Notes: generated by a model not told the origin, from the sequence alone. A DNA stretch of 64,000 nt from an uncultured Candidatus Saccharibacteria bacterium (GCA_964459635.1 CAYWMQ010000001.1:8342-72341); one strand, 5' to 3'; counted from the stretch's first letter, positions 27,401 to 36,315 are shown. Numbers and translations: made by a program.

Positions 27401-30312
27401 GTGGCGTGGTACACGGTGTGCCACGCACGGTTGAAGCGTGGAACAACAACGCGCACCGTGCATGGGATTATGCTACCGGGGAGACACCCGTCGCGCCCGC
27501 GGGAGCTGCCGGAGCCGCACCTGTGGAAGCGCCTCGCAGTGGAGCGACGCAAGCACCCGAGACACCACCCGACAGTGCGCATGTCGAAGTGCCGCCGGCC
27601 GGTGCGCCGCGCGCTCAGGCGGAGATCACGGGCCAAGGTGCATCAGTACAGGAGTTTGAGCGTATTCGAAAGGAAGGGTACGTCATTACGGAGGAACATG
27701 GCGCTCGCGTGTACACGCATCCGGATGGCATGCGCTACCATGTCTTTGGGAATGGGAACATGTACGCAGAGACCCTGAATGAGTCACCCTCTGCAGGGGA
27801 TGGGCACGCGGGTATCTCAAATTCACCAAAGGTCACTCTGGACAATCTGCCACCGGAGTTACGTGAGCATTTGGTGCGGCTCGTGCGTGTGCAAGTCTCA
27901 GAAGCTATTGAGGCGTACGGCGGCGGCATTGGTGCGGAAGAGCAAAAGCTGGTCCTGGAGGAGCTCGCCAAGGACGGTCTTACCGCGGACGATGCCTCGC
28001 GTGAGGCGGTGATGGAAGCACTGGCGCGAGTAAAAAACGGCATAGGAGACCGCCCGCGTACGTTTGAGCCCGGGCCTTCACGCGGCGCTGCGCCTGTCGC
28101 GCCCGATGAGGTACGTCCACTCGGCACGCGTACGGCGGCGGCGCCCGAAGCGCTGCATACGCGCGCCGCAGCGTCCAGCGTGCAAGAGGCATACGGTGTT
28201 GCGGATACAACAGGGAGCCGGAGCCAGCGCATCCTCAATAATTTGGAAAGCATGCGGCACACCTTTGCAGGTACGGGTTTCAAGGAAGGGGTAGCAACCA
28301 CAGCCTCACTTGACTACATTCTTAAGCAGGTCGAGTTACCTAAGAGTTCCATTTTCCCGCGCGCGAGCTTCCGCGGCGCATGGGGTGCGGTGGCGGACTT
28401 CCCGGCCTCACGAATATTCGACAGCCGGCCGGGCGCAGAGCTCCTGCTGCCCAACAGACAATGGGTCGCTATGAACCCGACCACAGAGGCTATGACCCGC
28501 AACTTCTTCGAGCAGGTGGATCATCGTGTGACCGGCGGTCGCCTCTTGCATAATGCCGACTACCTACGCGGCCGCAGTCTGGGCGATGTCATGCATGACT
28601 TCGAGCGCATACAGAAGGGGCAGGTACGCGTTGAGGACGTTCTGCGCCAGCGGATGGGGCGTGGTGCGGCTGTTGCAGCGGAGGCCGACACACGCGTACG
28701 CGACACCATGCCGCACGAACAGCCTGCAGCTGCGCGCGTACCGGAGGTGCAAGAGTCGCGTTCGGGCTTTGTGCCGGGGGAGCGCACGGCGGCGGCGAGC
28801 GCCACACTCTTGCGCAAGCTTGATGCGCTCGCCGGCCCGGATGTCTCGCATGTACGCGTGGCGGACCTTCTCGCACGTGAGCCGCAGACCCTCAGTGAGC
28901 AGGTGGCGCGCCAGTATGTTGTTGGCTTCCAAAACAATGGCATTACTGCAGATCCGAACCTGTCATTCAAGGAGTACCTCACACGTGCGGTTGACGAGTA
29001 TCTCGAACGCGGTTATTCGCCGCAAGAGCTTGAAATAGCAATGGACTGGCTTGAGGAGGAGTACGGCAAGGCATCGGCTCCGCGTTCGCGAGCAAAGTAT
29101 GCCGTGTATGATGCATCTGAGCCGGTGCCTTTCCGGCGCGCGGGTATTGAGGCTCCAGGCACGGTGAGTCCCGAGGCTATGCGTGCGTCAGAAGCGCTCA
29201 CGGGCCGATTGCGTGCGCTCGGTTCCGTAGAGCTCGGGCGCGACTCCGTGAGCGACGTGTACGCGGGCGACAACAGGGTGAGCGAGCTACTTGGCTCGAA
29301 GCCGCGCAGTGCGGGGGACTACGTGGCACAACGCTTCGTGCAGCAGATGAAGGCGCAAGGCTTTGTCGCAGATGAGCGTTTGCCCTTTGAGCAGTACGCG
29401 CGTGAGGTTATTGACCAGTATCTGAAAAAAGGAGGCACGGAGAACAACATTGCAATGCTTACCGGTATGTTCGAAGACGAAGAACTCGTGCAGCGCGCTC
29501 TTGCGCGCTCCGCGAGCGAGTCGTATCACGAAGCGGATGAAGCGCGCGAAGATGTGGCATACACACGCGAGCGCGGGAGTCGTCGCTCAGGTGGGCAAAC
29601 GTCGCGGACGGGCGTGCGTGGTACGTACCACGGCGAGGCGGGTCCGTTAGAGGCGGATGGTCGTTTTAAGGTGGAGTTTCGCTCGCGTAACCCGCAAGCT
29701 CCGGAACTGCGCATCAGGTCGGGAGGACGTTATTATACACAAGCAGTTGAACGTGTTGAGGCATCTGCTCGGGGTAGTACTCAGTACAAAGGCTGGCTTG
29801 AGTACCCTGGGTCTGCGCTCGAACTTATGAATAGGGACGCGTCCTTTGCCAAGCACGTGTACGACGAACTGCGTGAAGCGGGTTGGGAGGGTCGTACGGG
29901 CAACCGATCGTCATGGAAAGTCTACCAGCTGCCCGATGCTGAAACACTGGCGCACACGTCTCCCCGTGAGCTTCTGGTGAGTGCGGAGGTGCAGGAACTG
30001 GAGGGTATGCGGAAGCAGGCACGTTATCTGGAGCACCACGATAGGGATCTGTACGGCAGATCACGCATTAACATGGGTCGCGATGGTAAGCTTCGCGGCA
30101 GCGGCTCGCTCTTTGAAGAGCGCGAGGGGTCGCGCAACAGAGGCCGGATTGACTCGCATGAGCGACAAGCGCGGCGTGAAACAGACGCTCGCAGTAGGCG
30201 GGAGTTTAGCCGCAAGATGGACAAGATACGCCGCGATACTGACAAGTTGCGGAGCGATCGCAAGACGATGCGCGACATACAGCGCATGAAGCAAGATCAG
30301 CGCAGACATTAA
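24475..30312 (+). CDS. large coiled-coil protein with a central glycine-zipper membrane segment and an Arg-rich C-terminus (1945 aa from this start)
   Basis: ATG 24475 with GAGGTG 9 nt upstream and TATACT at 24453-24458; the track's GTG 24427 would lie upstream of that -10. The N-terminal ~850 aa are E/R/K/A-rich coiled-coil. TM segments GGGAVGLVVGGGAGAAAYMAARAGAGFFGGALMAGAV and AMALTGAAAFAAGASAG. Two ~75-aa internal repeats. The C-terminus reads RRETDARSRREFSRKMDKIRRDTDKLRSDRK. Confidence 0.65.
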   Translation: MGERAYIKTEDDPLAGKTVLQPYVSEEVLRALSEEELLNQANAARVALGMAPLSDTADAVQADPQRKEVIILALERNLAKFHETQQGESGDAEFAYVYDPRNGRGEWLSREQALRAGFTERAASADDADALRARAGELLEQANLLRSSLVGNQSKQKARLDVAIVRLQGLLEERPSDIAALEERVRDLEEEVRRQEQPGENPTSDVQNKNPAIRVNERDVAASEEKAAVERQEAELRDLSKRFERFEVGTVSGDQNYSRDYDRAEHLLFELEKRLEGSSEQVRQSEIRHLERLIVKLERMQASAKAGPGAPEPAPTPAQEADPHTAERARARVYEEVAMEILARLPEGNDWEKAKKRFFTDDWERITREVGSESTTPDLKRLIVEYDHLRAYEWNLKEPSSGAAHTEAAEPTPAPTPEADPHASERAEAQQLEEEAQQLIATLPTGYDAADLSKQGAEKSWEALVRKSGSQAKTPDLTVLRDALEELRRLVAHTPPKAPESPHAGFKIEKGGKAEITRLENYVALRLAELPVTTDEERAHHDVLIAEWKHLKEQYGSHAAKPEYEHLKDFVLAHLKLGGVTTEAELDAVLGVVSDKSALGTETEAERITALAQEREENHLRTREAYGAEIREARERYQGYRKELLDAEEAYLNAVTAHREGTKYFKGLRNRLLRNTEGQEQIAKLERDMRAAQVEFETKLNEMKAERAERLGLTHRLLEMSYQRRLGGENDPAAHPERRKAQREAKFAALHEALVLRSTSTMLELAQGIGGKEELDIAVASRVGVRREDLSEGTRDASGVLTPEAQVRATARKEHWAELEKAVGERKDPSRLVRTYKAGMRYYRSIPKEKQLAIRMLGGGAVGLVVGGGAGAAAYMAARAGAGFFGGALMAGAVSKKLFGATERHIARSKKGILESDTMTLADKQHEYMAMRRRERNMKRGAMALTGAAAFAAGASAGQAVNEVAMSGLSLESIGRGVVHGVPRTVEAWNNNAHRAWDYATGETPVAPAGAAGAAPVEAPRSGATQAPETPPDSAHVEVPPAGAPRAQAEITGQGASVQEFERIRKEGYVITEEHGARVYTHPDGMRYHVFGNGNMYAETLNESPSAGDGHAGISNSPKVTLDNLPPELREHLVRLVRVQVSEAIEAYGGGIGAEEQKLVLEELAKDGLTADDASREAVMEALARVKNGIGDRPRTFEPGPSRGAAPVAPDEVRPLGTRTAAAPEALHTRAAASSVQEAYGVADTTGSRSQRILNNLESMRHTFAGTGFKEGVATTASLDYILKQVELPKSSIFPRASFRGAWGAVADFPASRIFDSRPGAELLLPNRQWVAMNPTTEAMTRNFFEQVDHRVTGGRLLHNADYLRGRSLGDVMHDFERIQKGQVRVEDVLRQRMGRGAAVAAEADTRVRDTMPHEQPAAARVPEVQESRSGFVPGERTAAASATLLRKLDALAGPDVSHVRVADLLAREPQTLSEQVARQYVVGFQNNGITADPNLSFKEYLTRAVDEYLERGYSPQELEIAMDWLEEEYGKASAPRSRAKYAVYDASEPVPFRRAGIEAPGTVSPEAMRASEALTGRLRALGSVELGRDSVSDVYAGDNRVSELLGSKPRSAGDYVAQRFVQQMKAQGFVADERLPFEQYAREVIDQYLKKGGTENNIAMLTGMFEDEELVQRALARSASESYHEADEAREDVAYTRERGSRRSGGQTSRTGVRGTYHGEAGPLEADGRFKVEFRSRNPQAPELRIRSGGRYYTQAVERVEASARGSTQYKGWLEYPGSALELMNRDASFAKHVYDELREAGWEGRTGNRSSWKVYQLPDAETLAHTSPRELLVSAEVQELEGMRKQARYLEHHDRDLYGRSRINMGRDGKLRGSGSLFEEREGSRNRGRIDSHERQARRETDARSRREFSRKMDKIRRDTDKLRSDRKTMRDIQRMKQDQRRH

Positions 30313-30323
30313 CCCCACCGCAC

Positions 30324-30722
30324 ATGAACAACGATGACACACAAGAAGACGCCGTACACCCGCTCTTTGCCGAGCTTGGGCTTGAGGAGATGACACCTGA
30401 GGAGCAAGCGGAGACGCTCACGTCTGTGGGAGAGGTGGTATTTCAGGGCGTGATGCTGCGGGTGATGCGCGTCTTAAGCGAAGAAAAGCAAGACGCGCTG
30501 TCCGCGCTCTTCGACGCGAGCACCGAAGACCCCGACTCCGAGGAAAAGCGTGCTGCGATATACGCGTTTATCACGCACGAGGTGCCACAGTACGACGACC
30601 TGGTCGAGGAGGAGCTTGATGCGCTATACGAGACCTACAGCGGAAATCTTGAGGAACTGAGCGCCATAAGCGAAGCAGTCGGTACTGCGGACGCTGCCGT
30701 ACGCCCGGACGAACAAGTGTAG
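30324..30722 (+). CDS. small acidic hypothetical protein (132 aa)
   Basis: ORF 11 nt after the previous stop. D/E-rich, with no recognisable motif. Confidence 0.45.
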   Translation: MNNDDTQEDAVHPLFAELGLEEMTPEEQAETLTSVGEVVFQGVMLRVMRVLSEEKQDALSALFDASTEDPDSEEKRAAIYAFITHEVPQYDDLVEEELDALYETYSGNLEELSAISEAVGTADAAVRPDEQV

Positions 30723-30830
30723 CTCCGTTGGTACCGTCATCCCATCCGCGCTCATCCGCGTAGTTTCTGCGTCGGATTCGCGTCATCCCGGGCTTGACCA
30801 TGCGCGCCTCTGCCCGCACAATGCCTAGAG

Positions 30831-30898
30831 TTGCGACGCCACACATCGTGCGTGTGTGGGTCGCAATGCCTATTTCGACAGTCAGTTGAAATAGGCAT
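30831..30898 (+). promoter_or_regulatory. two adjacent hairpins in the leader of pepA
   Basis: TTGCGACGCCACACA-tcgtgcg-TGTGTGGGTCGCAA (30831-30866) and ATGCCTATTTCGA-cagtc-AGTTGAAATAGGCAT (30866-30898), ending 13 nt before ATG 30912. Confidence 0.4.
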
Positions 30899-30911
30899 AA
30901 CACTACCCCCT

Positions 30912-32315
30912 ATGAACATCACCACACCCCCCAGCACACGCGCGCTTGAGTCGGGCGTATACACGAGCGTCTCCTTTGTGGAAGACTCGAACATGCATGA
31001 GCTCGTACGCACCGATACAGGTGTCTACCGCATGGAAATGGGCATAAAGGACAGTATGCCCATGACCGCACGCCGCTTTCGCTTGCTCGTGCGTACGCTT
31101 GTACAGCACGCCAAAGGCGACAAGCGCAAGAGACTGGCCGTGTCGCTCGATGAGCTCTTGCGTATAGCGCCCCCCGACATGAGCAGGCTTGAACTTCTGC
31201 GTGCTTTTGCAGAAAATGCACACCTTGCAAACTATGCGTTCGTTGCGTTCAAGGAAAAACCAAAAGAAGGATGGCCTTTTATGGATGAAATAGCGCTTGC
31301 GGGGGCACTTACGGCAGAGGACAAGGCGGTGCTTCGCATAGGGGAGCTCGTGGCGCGCGAAGTAAATGCCGCACGCGACCTGGCGAACACGCCGGGCGGC
31401 GACATGACGCCGGGCATCCTGGCCAAGCGTATTCAAGCGTCCGCGCGTGGGACCGAGGCAACGGTCAAAGTACTTGGGCGCGTACAAATGGAAAAGCTGG
31501 GCATGGGCGCTATTCTTGGCGTAGCGAAGGGTTCAAAGGAAGAGCCAAAGTTCATCATCGTAGAGTACAAGGGCGCAAAAAAGAAGCAGCCAACGGTGCT
31601 TGTGGGAAAGGGTATCACTTTTGACACAGGCGGTCTCAACTTGAAGCCGGGTAACGCCATTTCGGACATGCATCTCGATATGTCCGGCGGCGCGGCGGTC
31701 GCGCACGCGGTCATAGCGGCGGCGCGCCTCAAGCTCCCTGTACATGCCGTGGCGCTCATACCAGCAGCCGAAAATATGCCGTCGGGGGAGAGCTACCGCC
31801 CGGGTGACATACTGCGCTCACTTTCGGGGAAGACCATTGAAGTGTTTGATACGGATGCCGAAGGCCGCATCGTGCTTGCGGACGCGCTCACCTACGCTGC
31901 GCGATATAAGCCTGAGCTCGTGGTCGACGTGGCAACGCTCACGGGAGCGGCTATGGTGGCGCTTGGAACGAAGGCGTCAGCACTTTTTTCGGCAGATGAC
32001 GCGCTCCGTGCGCGCATGCTTGCGCTCGCGGAGTTAAGCGGTGATTATTGCTGGCCACTCCCCATGTGGGAAGAATATAAAGAGCGCGTCAAGGGTAGAT
32101 TCGGCGATGTGGCCAACCTTCCGGAGTCCAACTACCGCTACGGCGGTTCGACCGATGGGGCCATGTTTCTTGCGGAATTTGCGCAGGGCTACCCCTGGGT
32201 CCACATAGACATGGCCCCGCGCATGACGAGCGACAAGAGCGACCAGCTCTCGCCGGGAGCCACCGGCGAGCCTGTGCGGATGTTGGTGCGTTTGCTTGAG
32301 AGCGTCTCCCGCTAG
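30912..32315 (+). CDS. pepA: leucyl aminopeptidase (peptidase M17)
   Basis: M17 signature NTDAEGRL present as FDTDAEGRIVLADALTYA. Lys/Asp metal ligands at VGKGITFDTGG. Start taken at ATG 30912; the track's TTG 30831 extension lies inside the hairpin element. Confidence 0.85.
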   Translation: MNITTPPSTRALESGVYTSVSFVEDSNMHELVRTDTGVYRMEMGIKDSMPMTARRFRLLVRTLVQHAKGDKRKRLAVSLDELLRIAPPDMSRLELLRAFAENAHLANYAFVAFKEKPKEGWPFMDEIALAGALTAEDKAVLRIGELVAREVNAARDLANTPGGDMTPGILAKRIQASARGTEATVKVLGRVQMEKLGMGAILGVAKGSKEEPKFIIVEYKGAKKKQPTVLVGKGITFDTGGLNLKPGNAISDMHLDMSGGAAVAHAVIAAARLKLPVHAVALIPAAENMPSGESYRPGDILRSLSGKTIEVFDTDAEGRIVLADALTYAARYKPELVVDVATLTGAAMVALGTKASALFSADDALRARMLALAELSGDYCWPLPMWEEYKERVKGRFGDVANLPESNYRYGGSTDGAMFLAEFAQGYPWVHIDMAPRMTSDKSDQLSPGATGEPVRMLVRLLESVSR

Positions 32316-32412
32316 TGCGCGTCAATTTGGCGCGCGTACACAGGGTATGGTCTGCTCGCGCTATCCACGGTCTCCGCTAACGTTGCGCTTGTACTTGGGG
32401 TACACTGAAGCT

Positions 32413-33699
32413 ATGCGAGTGGCATTCGCGCGCTTTTTTCCGTACGTCTACGCGGCGTGTATTGTCGTGCTGGCTGCCGCGCCGCTCGTGTGGGCATATG
32501 CACAGGAAGCTTTCGATACCACGGAGCCTGAGCGTCCACCGGCCGCTATAGAAAGCTCGGCGTCATTTGCGGTGACGCCCGTGGTGTCCAACGAGAAAGC
32601 AAAAGCGCGCGACATCATCAAGAAAGAGCTTTTGCTCGAAAATAAGAGTGCCGAGCGCATAGGGCTGCGCGCCAAAGTGGAAAACGTAGACCCTGGCGGC
32701 GGCGCGGTGTCGTTCGTATCGCCGGGTGAAGCGGATCTGGCTCATTCGCTCGCGAACTGGGTGGAAATAACACGCGGCGTCGTAGAGCTTGAGCCCGGTG
32801 AGAGTCGCAAAGTGCCGTACCTCATACATGTGAACGTTGTGGCGGAGCCGGGGACCTACTATGCGCGCATCGCATTTACGGACGGCTCACCTGAGTATGA
32901 GACTGACAAACGACCTGATGGAACCAGCCTTCTTTTGACGGTAGAGGTGGCTGATGACGCACGCGAGCGCCTGCAGCTGGCCGGTTTTGTTGCGTCCCGG
33001 TCGCTTGTGTTCGGCGCCGACGCGGCGTTCACGTACCGCCTTGAAAATGTGGGCAACAGAGACCTGGAGCCGCGCGGCACTATCCGCATATTCAACAGAC
33101 GCGGCGAGGAGGTCGGGTCTGTGCCGCTCAACGCGGACGGCGTGTCGCTCTCGCCCGCGAGCAAGCAGCAGCTCGCCACGGCATGGAACGCGAGCGGCCG
33201 TTTCGGCAAGTACAAGGCATTTTTGGACCTGGAGTATGGCACGGAGCAGCTCGCGAGTGTGCAGGACACCGTCTACTTTTGGGTGTTCCCATGGAAAGAA
33301 ATTCTCGCGTCCATGTTCGGCGTGCTCGTGCTTGCGGTGGTGGGCACCTATGTCATCCACATGCGCACCATGGCGCGGCCGGCGCATGTGTATGCGCCCG
33401 TGTATCCCGAAGCACAGTCTCGCATGTCACCTAAGTCCGTTCTGATGCCGAGCGGTGCTCGCAGCCACGGCGATTTCGCAGATCAGCCTGTGGCTTCTGC
33501 GGCGCCGGTGCGCGCTACGGCTCAGGCTGCACCTGCTCGCGTCGTAGCTCAGCCTATGCCGGCGGCTCCTCCCGCGGTTGTCCTGGCGCGCAAGGAAGCG
33601 GCATCGCCCGGCCCGGTGGTCTCGCTCGCGCCTCGCAGTCGAGGTGGCTCTCATGTAGATGCTCAAGCTCACACCGTTCAACTCAAACCCCGCCGGTAG
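32413..33699 (+). CDS. membrane-anchored surface protein, paralog 1 of 3
   Basis: ATG 32413 gives the signal peptide MRVAFARFFPYVYAACIVVLAAAPLVWAYAQE. A ~300-aa beta-rich ectodomain carries the motif EPGTYYARIAF. A C-terminal TM helix ILASMFGVLVLAVVGTYVIHM is followed by a Pro/Ala-rich cytoplasmic tail. The architecture is reminiscent of DUF916/DUF3324 cell-surface proteins; this is inference only. Confidence 0.55.
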   Translation: MRVAFARFFPYVYAACIVVLAAAPLVWAYAQEAFDTTEPERPPAAIESSASFAVTPVVSNEKAKARDIIKKELLLENKSAERIGLRAKVENVDPGGGAVSFVSPGEADLAHSLANWVEITRGVVELEPGESRKVPYLIHVNVVAEPGTYYARIAFTDGSPEYETDKRPDGTSLLLTVEVADDARERLQLAGFVASRSLVFGADAAFTYRLENVGNRDLEPRGTIRIFNRRGEEVGSVPLNADGVSLSPASKQQLATAWNASGRFGKYKAFLDLEYGTEQLASVQDTVYFWVFPWKEILASMFGVLVLAVVGTYVIHMRTMARPAHVYAPVYPEAQSRMSPKSVLMPSGARSHGDFADQPVASAAPVRATAQAAPARVVAQPMPAAPPAVVLARKEAASPGPVVSLAPRSRGGSHVDAQAHTVQLKPRR

Positions 33700-35092
33700 G
33701 GTGGCGCTACAAAGTGCCTCGCGTGCACCCACAACAGGGGCGCGGTTTTTCTTGCTTCTTATACTTTCTACTTTCTACTTCCTACTTGCTACTTTCTACC
33801 TTCTACTTTCTACTCCCGTCTTTGCCCAAGACGCCCTCACGCTCACCATCACACCGCCCTTGATACAGGTGAACTTGGATCCCGGGCAAACATGGACGAG
33901 CAGCATTCGAGTAGTGAACGGCAACCGCTACGAGGTTACGGTATACGCAGACCCCGTGCCGTTTACGGCAGAAGGTGAGGGTGGCCGCCCGCGCATAGTC
34001 TTGTCGACCAAAGCAGCGGACAATGCCACGGCAAACGGCGTAGCGGCGTGGCTGGACGTGCCGCAGGAACCTATCATCATCGGCCCCGAGCAGACGCACG
34101 AGGTACCGTTCACCATACGCGTGCCGGCAGACGCGCCGCCGGGCGGACATTATGCCGCGGTCCTGATAGGCAACAAGCCGGGTGCGGGCGCGGCGGAAGG
34201 CGGCACGGTCACGGTCTCAAGCTCTATTGCGTCATTGCTCCTGCTCACCGTTTCCGGCAATATCGACGAGCGCGGGCGTATACGCGACTTTGTGACGGAG
34301 CGGCATCTCTACGATAAGCCTGAGGCGCGCTTTTCGCTGCGCTTTGAGAACCAAGGCAATGTGCACATCCAGCCGCAGGGGGATATAGTCATTTACAACC
34401 ACTTCGGTAAAGAGCGCGGGAGAGTCACCCTTGGCCAAGGGGGCAACTTCGGCAATGTGCTTCCCGGAAGTATCCGTCAGTTCAGCTTCGAATGGATCGC
34501 GGACGCGGGAGGCTGGGATATCGGCCGGTACCGCGCAGAGGCAACGTTTGCATATGGTAAAGACAGCAAACGGTTCGCCAGTGCGACAACATACTTCTGG
34601 GTGCTTCCACTTGGGCGTATCGCGCTGCTTGCAGGCGGCTTGGCGCTGTTCATATGGTTTATCGGGTGGAGCTTGCGGCTTTACGTACGCCGAGCGTTGG
34701 CTCTGGAAGCACAGCGTATCGCTAGCACCGATCCTCCGCTTCAAGCCCGTGCGGCAGTGCGCCCCGCGGAGCCCGTTCAGGAGCATGTGGCACCACAGAT
34801 CGTTTCACCACGTACGTACTTGCGGCCTATCGAGCGAGGTATCGTCGATCTGCGCGCCCTCGCGCGTCCCGTTGATTCCGAATCCGGTCCGCAAGCGGGG
34901 CATGTGCTCGTCAGCCGTTTGCACCGCACGCGCGCGTTTCTACGCAGGTACCGTGTCTTTTTCATCTTCCTTGCCGTCGTAGGGGCAGCGCTTCTGATGG
35001 GGCGGACCTTGCTGCGCGATGTGCTCACGTACGAGCGCGCATACGAAGTGGAGGTGCTGGATCCGGAAGCACCGAAGTCAGACGCACCGTAA
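33659..35092 (+). CDS. membrane-anchored surface protein, paralog 2 of 3
   Basis: Phe/Leu-rich signal peptide ...FFLLLILSTFYFLLATFYLLLSTPVFA-QD. The real start is possibly TTG 33752. Motif PPGGHYAAVLI. C-terminal TM LLAGGLALFIWFIGWSL followed by YVRRAL. Its 5' end overlaps the tail of paralog 1 in another frame. Confidence 0.55.
   Translation: MLKLTPFNSNPAGRVALQSASRAPTTGARFFLLLILSTFYFLLATFYLLLSTPVFAQDALTLTITPPLIQVNLDPGQTWTSSIRVVNGNRYEVTVYADPVPFTAEGEGGRPRIVLSTKAADNATANGVAAWLDVPQEPIIIGPEQTHEVPFTIRVPADAPPGGHYAAVLIGNKPGAGAAEGGTVTVSSSIASLLLLTVSGNIDERGRIRDFVTERHLYDKPEARFSLRFENQGNVHIQPQGDIVIYNHFGKERGRVTLGQGGNFGNVLPGSIRQFSFEWIADAGGWDIGRYRAEATFAYGKDSKRFASATTYFWVLPLGRIALLAGGLALFIWFIGWSLRLYVRRALALEAQRIASTDPPLQARAAVRPAEPVQEHVAPQIVSPRTYLRPIERGIVDLRALARPVDSESGPQAGHVLVSRLHRTRAFLRRYRVFFIFLAVVGAALLMGRTLLRDVLTYERAYEVEVLDPEAPKSDAP
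33762..33817 (+). repeat. heptanucleotide tandem repeat (TACTTTC)n, 8 units (4 perfect), inside the signal-peptide coding region of paralog 2
   Basis: tactttc tactttc tacttcc tacttgc tactttc taccttc tactttc tactccc. The unit is 7 nt, so it is not a multiple of 3. Confidence 0.75.
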
Positions 35093-36200
35093 CACGTGCG
35101 TAGCACGTGTTGTGCAAGAGTGCTCCATCCTTTGGGGACGTTGTGGCGTAGACGGCATTGTGCGATGCAGGGGTGATCTCGCGCGGGCAGTGTCACTCGC
35201 TCGCGTACCGCTTCAAGCACAGGGCCTGGGCATAAAAGTGCAGCCGTCAACCATTGAAGAGCGTCTTGATCCGGGCGGCTCGGTGGAGGGTGTGCTCACT
35301 ATCACCAACGAGAGCGATGCTCCACAGGTCTACAAGATAGGTACGCGCGACGTAACAGGCATGGAGCTCTCCGGCAGACCGAACTTTTCGGATAAACCGG
35401 GCGGTGAAGACCCGTATGCTGCGTCTGCGTGGGTACGCCCGCAGAAAGACAGCGTTCCTCTTGCGGCATGGGAGGCGGTAGAGGTGCCGTACCGTATTGA
35501 GGTACCGACTGACGCGAGTCCCGGCGGGTACTTTGCGGCTATCTTCGTGACGCGCGAGGCAGATGGTATTGCCGAGTCGGGAGCGAGTGTTGGCTTTCAC
35601 GTGGCGGCGCTCGTAAACCTACGCGTCAACGGCGAGGTGCGTGAGGACTTGGTGCTGAAGGAGTTTAGTACCGGGCGCGCTGTACATACCGACCTCGAGG
35701 TGGAATTTACCGCTCGCATGGAAAACACCGGCACCGTACATGAGCGGCCCGTGGGTATCATTACCATTGCGGACATGTTCGGCAAAGAAGCGGGGAAGGT
35801 GATGCTTAACGAAAACGAGGGGGCGATACTGCCACGTTCCGAGCGTCTATTTGATACTACGTGGAAGGGAGAGGGCTTCCACGTGGGCCGGTACACGGCA
35901 CTTCTCAGCGTGACATATGGGAATGACGCGAAGCAAACGGTCACACGTTCGACTACGTTTTGGATTGTACCGCTCCGGGACACGGCAGCCTTTGCGGGAG
36001 CTATTGTAGTGGCACTTGCGCTCATCTTGCTTGGTATGCGGGCCTATGTACGCCGGCAGCTTCGCCGTGCGGGCTACGATGCACAGACCGTACGTATCCG
36101 TGAGCAGAGCTCTTTTGCGGCAAAGCTTAGTCGTGTGCTTGTCTGGCTCGCGGCCCTACTCGCACTCATGGTCGTTGCAGTGGTGGTGTTCTTCGCGTAG
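35019..36200 (+). CDS. membrane-anchored surface protein, paralog 3 of 3 (start uncertain)
   Basis: Shares the motif SPGGYFAAIFV and the C-terminal TM AFAGAIVVALALILLGM followed by YVRRQL, plus a second C-terminal TM. No convincing signal peptide lies upstream of the conserved ...PLQAQG position. The track start overlaps paralog 2 by 73 nt. Confidence 0.45.
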   Translation: MCSRTSAHTKWRCWIRKHRSQTHRNTCVARVVQECSILWGRCGVDGIVRCRGDLARAVSLARVPLQAQGLGIKVQPSTIEERLDPGGSVEGVLTITNESDAPQVYKIGTRDVTGMELSGRPNFSDKPGGEDPYAASAWVRPQKDSVPLAAWEAVEVPYRIEVPTDASPGGYFAAIFVTREADGIAESGASVGFHVAALVNLRVNGEVREDLVLKEFSTGRAVHTDLEVEFTARMENTGTVHERPVGIITIADMFGKEAGKVMLNENEGAILPRSERLFDTTWKGEGFHVGRYTALLSVTYGNDAKQTVTRSTTFWIVPLRDTAAFAGAIVVALALILLGMRAYVRRQLRRAGYDAQTVRIREQSSFAAKLSRVLVWLAALLALMVVAVVVFFA

Positions 36201-36315
36201 ACCCCCTGTGCACGTGTGTGTTGCGCGCAGACATCAGCCTTGATACGGTAGAGGTACCGATCGTGCATGTCGCCTTCACACTCTAAACTCTACACTATCC
36301 ACTAAGTACCCAGGT

